A DNA stretch of 64,000 bases from Eubacteriales bacterium (GCA_030537595.1 JAUNVR010000001.1:13232-77231); one strand, 5' to 3'. Positions 8,748-18,211 are shown, numbered from the stretch's first letter. The notes: a model not told the origin generated them from the sequence alone. Numbers and translations: made by a program.

Positions 8748-9791
8748 ATGAAAGTTAAGACTTACTTTATGCATCAGAAAATGATGACGAAAGTTCTTTT
8801 GGCGCTGCTCCCAATTATTATAATGTCGACCTGGCTCTATGGCTGGCGGGTAATCAGCCTTTTGGCCGTGACTTTAATTGCGGGCATTGCAGCAGAATAT
8901 CTGGTGCTGCGTTTAATCCAAAAGGACAAGACAAAGGTGACTGAGGCCTGCCTCGTGAGCTGCGTGCTCTTTACCCTGACCCTGCCCCCGGCTACCCCCT
9001 ACTACATTGCAATTATCGGGATAGTTTTTGGCATCGTCTTTGGTAAAGCAGTCTTTGGCGGCTTTGGCCGGAATATCTTTAATCCGGCACTAGTCGGTCG
9101 GGCCTTTATCTACATTGCCTTCCCACGGCACCTCGCCCTACGTTGGACAGAGCCCTTTACGGATTTTCCGGGGGGCTTTTTCAATTATGCAGGGGCTGAG
9201 GATCTGATTACTTCGGCCACTCCGCTGATTAATCTAAAGGAGGGCGCAGGCGCTAGTAGCAGTCTGAAGGAGCTAATTTTTGGCCTGCATCCTGGGACCA
9301 TCGGTGAGACGGCTAGGATTTTGATCATAGTCGCCGCAATTTATCTCATCTGGACCAAGACGGCTGCGTGGAAAATCATGCTTTCGACGCTGGGGAGTGC
9401 AGCGCTGATGGCGGCAATTTTTAATACTACGGGTGCGCTGACTGAACCCTTCTACTACTATCTTTTTTCCGGTGGACTACTCTTTGGCGCGGTCTTTATG
9501 GCGACAGATCCGGTTTCTGCCCCGAAGAATGAGCAGGCGAAGTGGATTTTTGGTGCCCTGGTCGGGATTTTCACGATGACAATTCGCGCCTTTTCCCTCT
9601 TTGCCGAGGGCGTGATGTTTGCGATTCTGCTCGCCAATTCACTGACTCCGCTGCTTGAGCGCAATCTTCAGGCTTGGCAAAAGGAGCGCCAGTTAAAGGC
9701 GAAAGCGAAGGCTGAGCGCCAGGCAAAGACGCCGGAGCAAGGAGGGTCTAAGACCCCGGCCAAGGCCAAAATTCAGGCGAAGGGGGTCTAA
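8748..9791 (+). CDS. nqrB: NqrB/RnfD-family membrane subunit of a Na+-translocating NADH oxidoreductase
   Basis: KAVFGGFGRNIFNPALVGRAFIYIAFP and a TSATPL flavinylation-type motif. ATG 8748 follows AAGGTGG. The C-terminus is a Lys/Ala-rich tail. Confidence 0.85.
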   Translation: MKVKTYFMHQKMMTKVLLALLPIIIMSTWLYGWRVISLLAVTLIAGIAAEYLVLRLIQKDKTKVTEACLVSCVLFTLTLPPATPYYIAIIGIVFGIVFGKAVFGGFGRNIFNPALVGRAFIYIAFPRHLALRWTEPFTDFPGGFFNYAGAEDLITSATPLINLKEGAGASSSLKELIFGLHPGTIGETARILIIVAAIYLIWTKTAAWKIMLSTLGSAALMAAIFNTTGALTEPFYYYLFSGGLLFGAVFMATDPVSAPKNEQAKWIFGALVGIFTMTIRAFSLFAEGVMFAILLANSLTPLLERNLQAWQKERQLKAKAKAERQAKTPEQGGSKTPAKAKIQAKGV

Positions 9792-9795
9792 GCAA

Positions 9796-10410
9796 ATGAA
9801 GAAATCTTATCTCTACACGATTGTTTTTATGTTCATCATCAGTGCGCTCTTTACCCTCGTTTTAGCCTCGGCGAATACGGCTTTAGAAGAGCGCTTTAAT
9901 GAAAATGCTCTCTTGGCTGAAGAAGCTGCCTTGCTCGAGGTTTTTGGCTTGTCGACTGAGGGCAGTCAGGCCGACTTAGAGGCGCGTTTTGCGGCTTCGA
10001 TCGAGGCGGCCCAGCGCGGTGAAACTGAGTATTTTCGCCTCTTAGAAGGAGGGCAGGTCGAGGCGATTGCCCTGCCCTTTGTCGGCTCCGGTCTCTGGGG
10101 CACGATTCGCGGCTGGTTGGCGGTCGATGTCGAGTCGCCAGAGGAAGCTGCGGATGGGCTGAGTATCCGCGGCATTGTTTTTACAGAGCAAAATGAGACT
10201 CCAGGCCTCGGCGGCCGAATCGAGGAGCAGTGGTTTAAAGAGCAGTTTCGTGGCCTCGTTTACCAGCCAGGTCAGAGCCTGGACTACGGTCCTAATCTCG
10301 GGGCTGAGATTGATGCGATTACTGGGGCAACCCAGACTTCCAATGCGATTTTACGGATTATCAATCGGGTGCTGGCCGAGGAGCTCTTGGAATATGAGGA
10401 GGTTAAATAA
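9796..10410 (+). CDS. nqrC: NqrC/RnfG-family FMN-binding subunit
   Basis: N-terminal TM anchor, ETPGLGGRI, and DAITGATQTS (S/T-G-A-T FMN attachment motif). Confidence 0.8.
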   Translation: MKKSYLYTIVFMFIISALFTLVLASANTALEERFNENALLAEEAALLEVFGLSTEGSQADLEARFAASIEAAQRGETEYFRLLEGGQVEAIALPFVGSGLWGTIRGWLAVDVESPEEAADGLSIRGIVFTEQNETPGLGGRIEEQWFKEQFRGLVYQPGQSLDYGPNLGAEIDAITGATQTSNAILRIINRVLAEELLEYEEVK

Positions 10411-11030
10411 TGGCTAAAGAGAAATTACCGGCACTGGCCAAGCGTTCACTCTTTGACGAAAACCAGGTCTTGCGGCAGATCCTCGGAATTTGCTCGGCGC
10501 TGGCGGTGACCAACCTAATGACTAACTCTCTCGTCATGGGGCTCGGGGTGACCTTTGCTACGGCGCTCTCAACTTTTACCTTATCTTTAATGCGCAATTT
10601 GATTCCGCAGCGGGTGAGAATGCTGGTCCAGACCTTAGTCATTGCCGCCTACGTAATCTTGGTCGACCTGGCGCTTCGAGCCTTCGTCCCCGAGATTTCA
10701 AAAGCACTCGGGCCCTACGTCGGCCTAATTATCACGAACTGCATTGTGATGGGTCGGGCCGAGGCCTATGCGCAGAAGAATCCGCCAATCCCTGCCTTAT
10801 TAGACGGGCTCTTTTCTGGACTCGGCTACACCCTAGTTATTCTCGCTGTCGCCTTTATCCGTGAGCTTTTAGGCTTTGGCACAGTCTTTAACTACCGCGT
10901 GATGCCAGAGAGCTTCGAGCCCTGGACCATTATGATTATGCCCCCAGCGGCCTTCTTTATTATCGGGTCGATGATTTGGTTTTTAAATGCCCGCAAATTA
11001 AGACGGGAAGCTGAGAAAGGAGGGAAGTAA
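10410..11030 (+). CDS. nqrD: NqrD/RnfE-family membrane subunit
   Basis: LGICSALAVT and ITNCIVMGRAEAYA motifs. The start overlaps the nqrC stop (TAATG). Confidence 0.85.
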   Translation: MAKEKLPALAKRSLFDENQVLRQILGICSALAVTNLMTNSLVMGLGVTFATALSTFTLSLMRNLIPQRVRMLVQTLVIAAYVILVDLALRAFVPEISKALGPYVGLIITNCIVMGRAEAYAQKNPPIPALLDGLFSGLGYTLVILAVAFIRELLGFGTVFNYRVMPESFEPWTIMIMPPAAFFIIGSMIWFLNARKLRREAEKGGK

Positions 11031-11626
11031 TGGATTATTCACCAATTAATCCCTGGGTCATCTTCTTTGCTTCGATTTTGACCAGTAATATGATTTTCGC
11101 CAACTTCCTCGGGATGTGTTCTTTTATCTCGGTTTCGGGCGAGTATAAGACGGCCTCCGGCCTAGGTAAGGCAGTGACCATGGTCCTGGCGATTACCTCC
11201 GGGGTGAACTGGCTGATTTATCACTATATTATCCTGCCCCTGGATATCGTTTATTTGCGAAATATTGTCTTTATTATGGTCATCGCAGCCCTAGTTCAGA
11301 TTTTAGAGCTCTTTCTCGACCGCTATGCCCCAGATTTACACGCGAAATTAGGGATTTTCCTCCCCTTAATTACGGTCAACTGTGCGATTCTGGGTGCGAC
11401 CCTCTTTATGGTCATTAGAAATTATTCCTTCCTCCAGGCGATTCTCTTTGGCCTAGGTAGCGGTCTCGGCTGGTGGTTGGCAATTGTGATGCTCGCGGCA
11501 ATTCGTGAAAAAATTGCCAAGGCCAAAATGCCGCCCGGTCTTCAAGGTCCTGCAATCACCTTTATTATTACGGGAATTATGGCCATGGCCTTCATCGGTT
11601 TTTCCGGAATTTTCCAGGTTCAGTAG
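11030..11626 (+). CDS. nqrE: NqrE/RnfA-family membrane subunit
   Basis: FLGMCSFISVS and PLITVNCAILGA motifs. The start overlaps the nqrD stop (TAATG). Confidence 0.85.
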   Translation: MDYSPINPWVIFFASILTSNMIFANFLGMCSFISVSGEYKTASGLGKAVTMVLAITSGVNWLIYHYIILPLDIVYLRNIVFIMVIAALVQILELFLDRYAPDLHAKLGIFLPLITVNCAILGATLFMVIRNYSFLQAILFGLGSGLGWWLAIVMLAAIREKIAKAKMPPGLQGPAITFIITGIMAMAFIGFSGIFQVQ

Positions 11627-11634
11627 GGAGAGAT

Positions 11635-12744
11635 ATGATGTTAAAAATACTGCAAGCAACAATTAGTATCGCCCTGATTTCCACAGTTTTAGCCGGGATT
11701 ATCTCTTTGGCCGAGAAGCTCTTGAATAATTACGGCCGCTGTAAAATCGAGATTAATGACGGCGCCCGCGTGCTCGAAGTAGAAGGCGGTAGCTCACTTT
11801 TGGCGGCCCTCTCTAATCAGAAAATCTTCATCCCCTCGGCTTGCGGAGGCAAGGCTACCTGCGGGCTATGTAAGCTGCGAATTACCGAGGGTGCGGGTCC
11901 GCTCTTGCCGACTGAGGAACCCTATCTGAGTGCCCAGGAGAGGGCTCAGGATTATCGGCTTTCCTGCCAAATCAAGGTCAAAAATGACCTCCGCATTTAC
12001 GTCGCGGAGGAGCTCTTTAATATTAAGGAATATATAGCGAAGGTCGAGCTGATTAGAGACTTGACCCATGATATTAAGTTACTTCGGCTCAGACTGCCCG
12101 AGGGCGAGAGCATTAAGTTTAAGGCGGGCCAGTTCGTCCAGTTTTACACCAAGCCTTATGGGAAGGTTAAAGAAGAGGTCTTCCGGGCTTATTCGATTGC
12201 CTCCAAGCCCTCAGATCAAAATCAGATTGAGCTGATGATCCGGAAGGTTCCGGACGGGATTGCGACAGGCTATGTCCATACCGCCTTAAAGGAAGGGGAT
12301 ACGGTGCGACTTTCCGGGCCTTATGGCGATTTCTACCGCCGCGGTGGCGAGGGGGTCAAGGAGCTGATTATGCTGGCCGGAGGTTCCGGGATGGCTCCGA
12401 TTGCTTCCCTGATTCGCGACATTACCGAGCAGCAGCTAGATTATAAGATCCGCTACTTCTTTGGCGCTTCGACCCTGCGCGACATGTTCTATCTCGAGGA
12501 AATGGCCGCCCTCGAAAAAGAGAATCCAAATTTCGAGTTTATCCCGGCGCTCTCGCGCTATCAGGAGGGCGATGACTGGGATGGTCGGATCGGTAATGTG
12601 ATTGAGGTGATGAAGCAGGAGGTTAGTGACGGGGAGGCTAAGGAGGCCTATCTTTGTGGTAGCCCCGGCATGCTCAATGCCACGGTCAAAGCCTTGCACG
12701 AACTGGGCTTTAAGGATCAGGCTATTTTCTACGATAAGTTTTAA
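11635..12744 (+). CDS. nqrF: NqrF: 2Fe-2S ferredoxin plus FAD/NADH oxidoreductase subunit
   Basis: N-terminal TM helix, CGGKATCGLC..SC cluster motif, RAYSIAS FAD motif and GGSGMAP NAD(H) motif. The second ATG at 11638 is equally possible as the start. Confidence 0.85.
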   Translation: MMLKILQATISIALISTVLAGIISLAEKLLNNYGRCKIEINDGARVLEVEGGSSLLAALSNQKIFIPSACGGKATCGLCKLRITEGAGPLLPTEEPYLSAQERAQDYRLSCQIKVKNDLRIYVAEELFNIKEYIAKVELIRDLTHDIKLLRLRLPEGESIKFKAGQFVQFYTKPYGKVKEEVFRAYSIASKPSDQNQIELMIRKVPDGIATGYVHTALKEGDTVRLSGPYGDFYRRGGEGVKELIMLAGGSGMAPIASLIRDITEQQLDYKIRYFFGASTLRDMFYLEEMAALEKENPNFEFIPALSRYQEGDDWDGRIGNVIEVMKQEVSDGEAKEAYLCGSPGMLNATVKALHELGFKDQAIFYDKF

Positions 12745-12762
12745 AGCTGAGGAGGGCAGAAG

Positions 12763-13242
12763 ATGAAAAAGAATCCAGCCGATAAAAAGTTCAGCGACAA
12801 TATGGGAGCAGGTCAGTACACCTTAGAGGGCTTCTTAGGCACGGACCAGCGCCAGATTGCCGAAATTATTAATGAGGATCAGGCCAAATTAGACCAGCTC
12901 GGAGTCAGGGCTGAGGACTTAGCAATTTTACTGCGGCGCCTCAGCCGGGCCGGCATGACGGGCTTAGGAGAGGCGGTCGAATATCGTGGCTATGAGATCT
13001 CGGTAGATGAGTGGAGAGGTTGGCTCGGCTGTCCCTTTAAGGATGCCAAGCGCGCAGCGAAGCGCCTGAGCAGCTGCCGTCACCTGGCAAGTGGCCGGGA
13101 GCTTAAGTGGTCGGATTTAAGCATTCACCTGATTGCTGATCACGGCTTTTTTCAGGGCCGCGGTGCTGCCCACCGGATCGAGCCGGAGGAGCTTTATAAC
13201 TTTCTGCTCCCCTTAATCGAGGCTGAAGCTAAGGAGGATTGA
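12763..13242 (+). CDS. hypothetical soluble protein, last gene of the nqr transcription unit
   Basis: 159-aa ORF with GAGGAGGG 7 nt upstream of the ATG, 18 nt after the nqrF stop, followed by an intrinsic terminator. I recognise no family. It has two Cys and an HLIADHGFFQGRG segment. Confidence 0.6.
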   Translation: MKKNPADKKFSDNMGAGQYTLEGFLGTDQRQIAEIINEDQAKLDQLGVRAEDLAILLRRLSRAGMTGLGEAVEYRGYEISVDEWRGWLGCPFKDAKRAAKRLSSCRHLASGRELKWSDLSIHLIADHGFFQGRGAAHRIEPEELYNFLLPLIEAEAKED

Positions 13243-13391
13243 GCCTAGCTAGTGGGCTTAGAGCGCTTGGTGGCGCTCGAAGCTTGACTCGAGCTGAGCC
13301 CTGAAAGCTTGAAAATATAGCCTTTTAAGAAATTCCTCCAAGGCGGAGCGAGGCTTTGCGGGAGGCTAGAAGATATAGTAACTAATGTTAC

Positions 13392-13417
13392 AAAGCCGAG
13401 CTTAAGCTCGGCTTTTA
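13392..13417 (+). terminator. rho-independent terminator closing the nqr unit
   Basis: aaagccgagc-ttaa-gctcggctttt: a perfect GC-rich stem followed by TTTT. Confidence 0.7.
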
Positions 13418-13485
13418 GCTAGACAGTGATTTAGCCTAAAGTTAAAGTAAATAAGCAATAGAAGGAATTTTTGGAGGCTTAAAAG

Positions 13486-14223
13486 ATGGCTCTTTTAGAG
13501 ATTAAAAACCTAGCAGTAAGCGTTGAAGATAAAGAAATTTTGAGTGATATCAACCTCACAATTAACCGGGGTGAAACCCATGTCCTGATGGGGCCGAACG
13601 GGGCGGGTAAATCGACCCTGCTCCATGCGATTATGGATAATCCGGTCTTTCAGGTGACAGAGGGTGAAATTTATTTTGACGGTGAATTAATTAACGACGA
13701 ATCAACAGATAAACGAGCGAAACGCGGGATTTTCATGAGCTTTCAGCACCCCGAAGCGGTGCCTGGAATTAGTGTAGAAAATTTCTTGCGGGCTGCCAAG
13801 GAAGAGCTGACGGGTGAGAAGCCCTCTCTATTAGGTTTCCATAAGGATTTAATTAAGCAGATGGCAGAACTGGATATGGACGCTTCCTATGCAAACCGCT
13901 ATTTAAACGTCGGTTTCTCCGGCGGTGAGATGAAGAAGGACGAGATTTTACAACTGAACGTCCTCGATCCGCAGTTTGCGATGCTCGACGAGACGGACTC
14001 CGGCCTCGACGTCGATGCCGTCCAGGTCGTCTCAAAGGGGATTAAGAAGTTCCGCAATCCAAATAACTCACTCCTGATCATCACCCACCACCGCGCGATC
14101 TTGAATGAGATTGAGATCGACCGTGTGCACATTCTGCTGAACGGGCGCATCGCCGTGTCTGGCGGTCGAGATATTTTCGAGCGCGTTCAGAATGAGGGTT
14201 TCGGCTGGGTCCGTGAATTGTAG
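13486..14223 (+). CDS. sufC: Fe-S cluster assembly ATPase SufC
   Basis: GPNGAGKSTL Walker A, FSGGEMKK signature and MLDETDSGLD Walker B. First gene of the suf cluster. Confidence 0.95.
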   Translation: MALLEIKNLAVSVEDKEILSDINLTINRGETHVLMGPNGAGKSTLLHAIMDNPVFQVTEGEIYFDGELINDESTDKRAKRGIFMSFQHPEAVPGISVENFLRAAKEELTGEKPSLLGFHKDLIKQMAELDMDASYANRYLNVGFSGGEMKKDEILQLNVLDPQFAMLDETDSGLDVDAVQVVSKGIKKFRNPNNSLLIITHHRAILNEIEIDRVHILLNGRIAVSGGRDIFERVQNEGFGWVREL

Positions 14224-14259
14224 AATACTAAGACTCAGGCGCAGATAAGGGAGAATTAA

Positions 14260-15732
14260 ATGGCAGAAATTATTCGTAAAAAACAAGTAGGGACAATCCG
14301 CACAAAGGCTGAAACCGAGGTCTTAGAGCGCGAAAAGTCCGAGATTGAAGAAATCGATCGCGGGGTTTACGACATTAAAGATGAGGTGCGCTACCGCATG
14401 AAAACTGCGAGCGGCCTGAATGAGGAAATCGTGCGTGAAATCTCCGCAGCTAAGGATGAGCCCGAGTGGATGTTAAAGATTCGCCTCGCGGCCTTAAAAG
14501 AATTCCAGGCTTCGCAAAATCCGGACTGGGGTCCCGATTTAAGCAATGTCGACCTCGACCAAATCACCACCTATATCAGCCCAGACGCGGATATGACTGC
14601 AAGCTGGGATGATTTACCAGAAGATATTAAGGACACCTTTGACCGCTTAGGTATTCCTGAGGCGGAGGCCAAGGAAAACCTCTCGGGAGTTGGCGCACAG
14701 TATGACTCCGAGGTGGTCTACCACAACCTGACTAAGATGATGGAAGATCAGGGTGTAATTTACACGGACTTTGAAACTGCGGTGCGCGAGTATCCGGAAA
14801 TTGTGCAAAAGTACTTTGGCAAGTGTATTCCAATCAATGATCACCGCTACGCCTCCCTGCACTATGCAGTCTGGAGCGGTGGTTCCTTCGTCTATGTGCC
14901 AAAGGGCGTGCAGGTGGATATTCCCCTGCAGTCCTATTTCCGCTTGAACGCTCCGGGCGCGGGCCAGTTCGAACATACACTAATCATCTTGGAAGAAGAC
15001 TCTTACTGCCACTTTATCGAGGGCTGCTCGGCACCGAAGTACAATGTGCTGAACATTCATGCCGGGGCAGTTGAGCTCTTCGTGGCCGATGGCGCTAGAC
15101 TGCGCTACTCGACCATCGAGAACTGGTCACGCAATATGTACAACCTCAACACTAAACGCTCCATCGTCGGTAAAAATGGCGCGATTGAGTGGGTTTCTGG
15201 CTCCTTTGGCTCTCGAGTTTCGATGCTCTACCCGATGAGCATCCTGAAAGGTGAGGGTGCTAGCTCGGAGTTTACCGGGATTACCTTTGCCGGTAAGGAT
15301 CAGTTCCTCGACACCGGAGTGAAGGTGATTCATGCGGCACCCCATACCTCCTCGAATATCAATTCTAAATCTATTTCCAAAGCCGGCGGGACTGCAGTGT
15401 ACCGCTCCCTGATTAAGGTTTTACCGGAAGCTCACGGCTCGAAATCGACGGCAATTTGCGAATCCTTGATGCTCGATGACCACAGCCGCTCCGACACCCT
15501 GCCAGTCGTCGACTTGCAATGTGCTGATGTCGACCTCGGTCACGAGGCGAAAATCGGCCGCATCGATGATGAGGTCATCTTCTATCTGATGAGTCGGGGA
15601 ATTTCCGAGCCGGATGCCAGAGCTATGGTCGTGCGAGGCTTTGCCGAACCAATAGCGAAAGAACTCCCCCTGGAATACGCAGTTGAGATGAATGCTTTAA
15701 TCAATCTCGAACTCGAAGGCACAATAGGTTAG
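14260..15732 (+). CDS. sufB: Fe-S cluster assembly scaffold SufB
   Basis: 490 aa. The C-terminal region ..HEAKIGRIDDEVIFYLMSRGISEPDARAMVVRGF.. is typical of SufB. Confidence 0.95.
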   Translation: MAEIIRKKQVGTIRTKAETEVLEREKSEIEEIDRGVYDIKDEVRYRMKTASGLNEEIVREISAAKDEPEWMLKIRLAALKEFQASQNPDWGPDLSNVDLDQITTYISPDADMTASWDDLPEDIKDTFDRLGIPEAEAKENLSGVGAQYDSEVVYHNLTKMMEDQGVIYTDFETAVREYPEIVQKYFGKCIPINDHRYASLHYAVWSGGSFVYVPKGVQVDIPLQSYFRLNAPGAGQFEHTLIILEEDSYCHFIEGCSAPKYNVLNIHAGAVELFVADGARLRYSTIENWSRNMYNLNTKRSIVGKNGAIEWVSGSFGSRVSMLYPMSILKGEGASSEFTGITFAGKDQFLDTGVKVIHAAPHTSSNINSKSISKAGGTAVYRSLIKVLPEAHGSKSTAICESLMLDDHSRSDTLPVVDLQCADVDLGHEAKIGRIDDEVIFYLMSRGISEPDARAMVVRGFAEPIAKELPLEYAVEMNALINLELEGTIG

Positions 15733-15741
15733 GAGTCCTCT

Positions 15742-16797
15742 ATGTTAAGTGAAAATACAGTGAAAAATCAGCAGCTCGTAAATGGCGAGCATTTAGCGGC
15801 CAATCAAGAAAAGGCAAATTCCAAGCAGGAATTATTTTCAGGCACGGCCAAATATGTCGAGCGCAAAGCTACAGATATTATTCCGATTCCGACTTTCCGC
15901 TCAGCTAAGGTGAATAGCTCGGCAGTGCCGGAACTAGAGTTTAGCCGGCCAAAAGAGCTCAAGCGTTTAGAGCTTCTAGCCGGTGAAAAATACGTCGAGA
16001 CGGAAGAAATAAAGCTCAGTGCCAGCGAGCCGGAGCTTTACGAACGGCGCGAAATCTTTGCCCGTGAGGGCAGTGACGCTGAGCTAATCCTGGCTTACTC
16101 AGATAGCGGTGAGCTCAGAACCAAACGGCATACCGAGGTCGAGATTAGAGCCGAGGCCGGTTCACATCTAATTATTTTCCTGGTCCAGCAGATGAGCGAG
16201 CAGGCGGACAGTAGAATGTTCGTCAACGTCTACCTCGAGCCTGATTCTGAAGTCCGCATGATTATTGCGGACAGCGGTGCGAGAACGCATCGCCTAGATC
16301 TCAAGGCCGACCTCCAAGATCGCGCCATCTTCGACTGCCAGGGCATCTACTTTGGCCGGGGTGAAGAAAGCTACGACTATAACTACGAGTTAATCCATAA
16401 GGGTAAGCTCTGTCGCAGTAATCTGCTCGTCAACGGGGCGCTGATGGACTATGCGAAGAAGGTGTTCCGGGCGACGATTGACTTTAGACGCGGTTCCTCA
16501 GGTTCGGTCGGTGATGAGAGCGAGTATGTGACCTTGCTCGATGACACTGTGCAAAGTAGAGCAATTCCGCTCCTACTCAGCACTGAGGATAATGTTGAGG
16601 GCAATCATGCGGCATCGGCTGGTAGGCTCAATCCGGACATGGTCTTTTATGTCCAGAGCCGGGGCTTCACCCGACGTGAAGCGGAGAAGATGATTATTGC
16701 CTCACGCTTTTCAAATGTTATTGACCTCTTGCCAAATAGTGAACTGAAGGATGCAGTTTTAAAGGATATTTTGACCAAGCTCGATTCAGCAGACTAA
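15742..16797 (+). CDS. sufD: Fe-S cluster assembly protein SufD
   Basis: SufB/SufD-family C-terminus (..EGNHAASAGRLNPDMVFYVQSRGFTRREAEKMII..), positioned after sufB. Confidence 0.85.
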   Translation: MLSENTVKNQQLVNGEHLAANQEKANSKQELFSGTAKYVERKATDIIPIPTFRSAKVNSSAVPELEFSRPKELKRLELLAGEKYVETEEIKLSASEPELYERREIFAREGSDAELILAYSDSGELRTKRHTEVEIRAEAGSHLIIFLVQQMSEQADSRMFVNVYLEPDSEVRMIIADSGARTHRLDLKADLQDRAIFDCQGIYFGRGEESYDYNYELIHKGKLCRSNLLVNGALMDYAKKVFRATIDFRRGSSGSVGDESEYVTLLDDTVQSRAIPLLLSTEDNVEGNHAASAGRLNPDMVFYVQSRGFTRREAEKMIIASRFSNVIDLLPNSELKDAVLKDILTKLDSAD

Positions 16798-16908
16798 AGG
16801 CTTTGGCCCTGGACTGCGCGAACTGCTGGGCTCTTTATATAGCGGCTGCTGCCGCGAGTAAAGTGAGTCGAAACTAAGAGAATGCAGAGTTATCTGCAGG
16901 AGGGAATT

Positions 16909-18156
16909 ATGCTGACACAGGCTGAAGTTAAAGAATTACGCCGCGACTTTCCAATTTTGCAAACTAAAGTCAAGGGGCATGATCTAATCTACCTGGATAA
17001 CGCTGCGACCACGCAAAAGCCGCAGCAGGTTCTGGAGCGGATCAATAAATATTACCTAGAGGAGAATGCCAACCCGCATCGGGGTGCGCATTATTTGGCG
17101 AATACGGCGACTGAGGCTTATACCGCTGCCCGCTTAAAGGTGGCGAAGCTGATTCACGCCTATCGGCTGAATGAGATTGTCTTTACGAAAAGTGCAACCG
17201 AGAGCTTGAACCTTTTAGCCTATACCCTAGGCCAGGGGCTGAAGGCCGGTGATGAGATTTTGATTTCAATTCTCGAACATCATGCGAATTTAATTCCCTG
17301 GCAGTTCGTGGCCAAAATGACCGGAGCCAAGCTGCGCTACCTCTATCTCAGCCCTGAGCTCGAGATTTCTGAGCAGGAATTAAAGGAGAAATTGAGCTCA
17401 AAGACGAAGATTTTAGCTCTCACGGGCTGCTCGAATGTGACTGGAACGCGGGCGAATTTAAATCAGTACTTTAAGCTCGCTAAGGACTTTGGGGCGCTTA
17501 CAGTTGCGGATTTAACGCAATTAGTTCCGCACGGTCCCTGCGATGTCCGCGAAATTGGCTGTGATTTTGCAGTTTTTTCCGGGCATAAGATGTACGGGCC
17601 GATGGGTGCTGGTGTGCTCTGGGGTAAGTATGATTTACTGGCTAAGCTGCCGCCCTTCCACTACGGTGGCGATATGATCGAGCGGGTCAGTGAGCAGGAT
17701 GCCGTCTTTGCACCGCCGGCCAGTCGCTTCGAGGCTGGGACGATGAATGTTGCTGCGGCAGTTGGTTTAGCGACGGCGATTGACTATCTGCAAGCAATTG
17801 GCATGGCCGAGGTAGATGCTTATGAGCAAGCCTTGACCGAATTGGCAATTGAGGGCCTGAGTAAGGTGCCAGATATCGAGCTCTATGCGGTGCGAGCCAG
17901 AGCTGGAGAGCCCGTGCACCGTGGGGCGGTTTTAGCCTTTAATGTGCGTGATGTACACCCCCATGATGTCGCAACCATCCTCAATGAGAGTGGGATTGCG
18001 ATTCGCTCTGGGCACCACTGTGCAGAGCCCTTGCACCGCTACCTGGGCATCAATGCCACCTGCCGCGCGAGCTTCAGCTTCTACAATACAGAGGCGGAGG
18101 TGGAGCAGCTGATTCAGGCTCTGTCCAAGGTGCGGCAGCAGATGGGCCTGAGCTAA
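16909..18156 (+). CDS. sufS: cysteine desulfurase SufS (class V aminotransferase)
   Basis: YLDNAATTQKP, the SGHKMYGP PLP-lysine motif and RSGHHCAEPL active-site loop. ATG 16909 follows AGGAGGG. Confidence 0.9.
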   Translation: MLTQAEVKELRRDFPILQTKVKGHDLIYLDNAATTQKPQQVLERINKYYLEENANPHRGAHYLANTATEAYTAARLKVAKLIHAYRLNEIVFTKSATESLNLLAYTLGQGLKAGDEILISILEHHANLIPWQFVAKMTGAKLRYLYLSPELEISEQELKEKLSSKTKILALTGCSNVTGTRANLNQYFKLAKDFGALTVADLTQLVPHGPCDVREIGCDFAVFSGHKMYGPMGAGVLWGKYDLLAKLPPFHYGGDMIERVSEQDAVFAPPASRFEAGTMNVAAAVGLATAIDYLQAIGMAEVDAYEQALTELAIEGLSKVPDIELYAVRARAGEPVHRGAVLAFNVRDVHPHDVATILNESGIAIRSGHHCAEPLHRYLGINATCRASFSFYNTEAEVEQLIQALSKVRQQMGLS

Positions 18157-18174
18157 GCGTCCGGATTTAGCTAG

Positions 18175-18211
18175 GCGGCCAAAAACTGAGCTAAGCGGTC
18201 AAAAACTGAGC
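18175..18211 (+). repeat. 17-bp direct repeat (gcggYcaaaaactgagc x2, period 20) between sufS and sufU
   Basis: 18175-18191 and 18195-18211 differ at one position. The units also echo the ctgagctaagcg at the sufS stop. Confidence 0.8.

Noticed and set aside
13303-13328. The 16-mer gaaagcttgaaaatat (23 of 25 with flanks) is shared with 29792-29816 in another spacer.
   Set aside because: A single 16-nt coincidence is close to the chance expectation for 64 kb on two strands. The two copies have no consistent position relative to genes.
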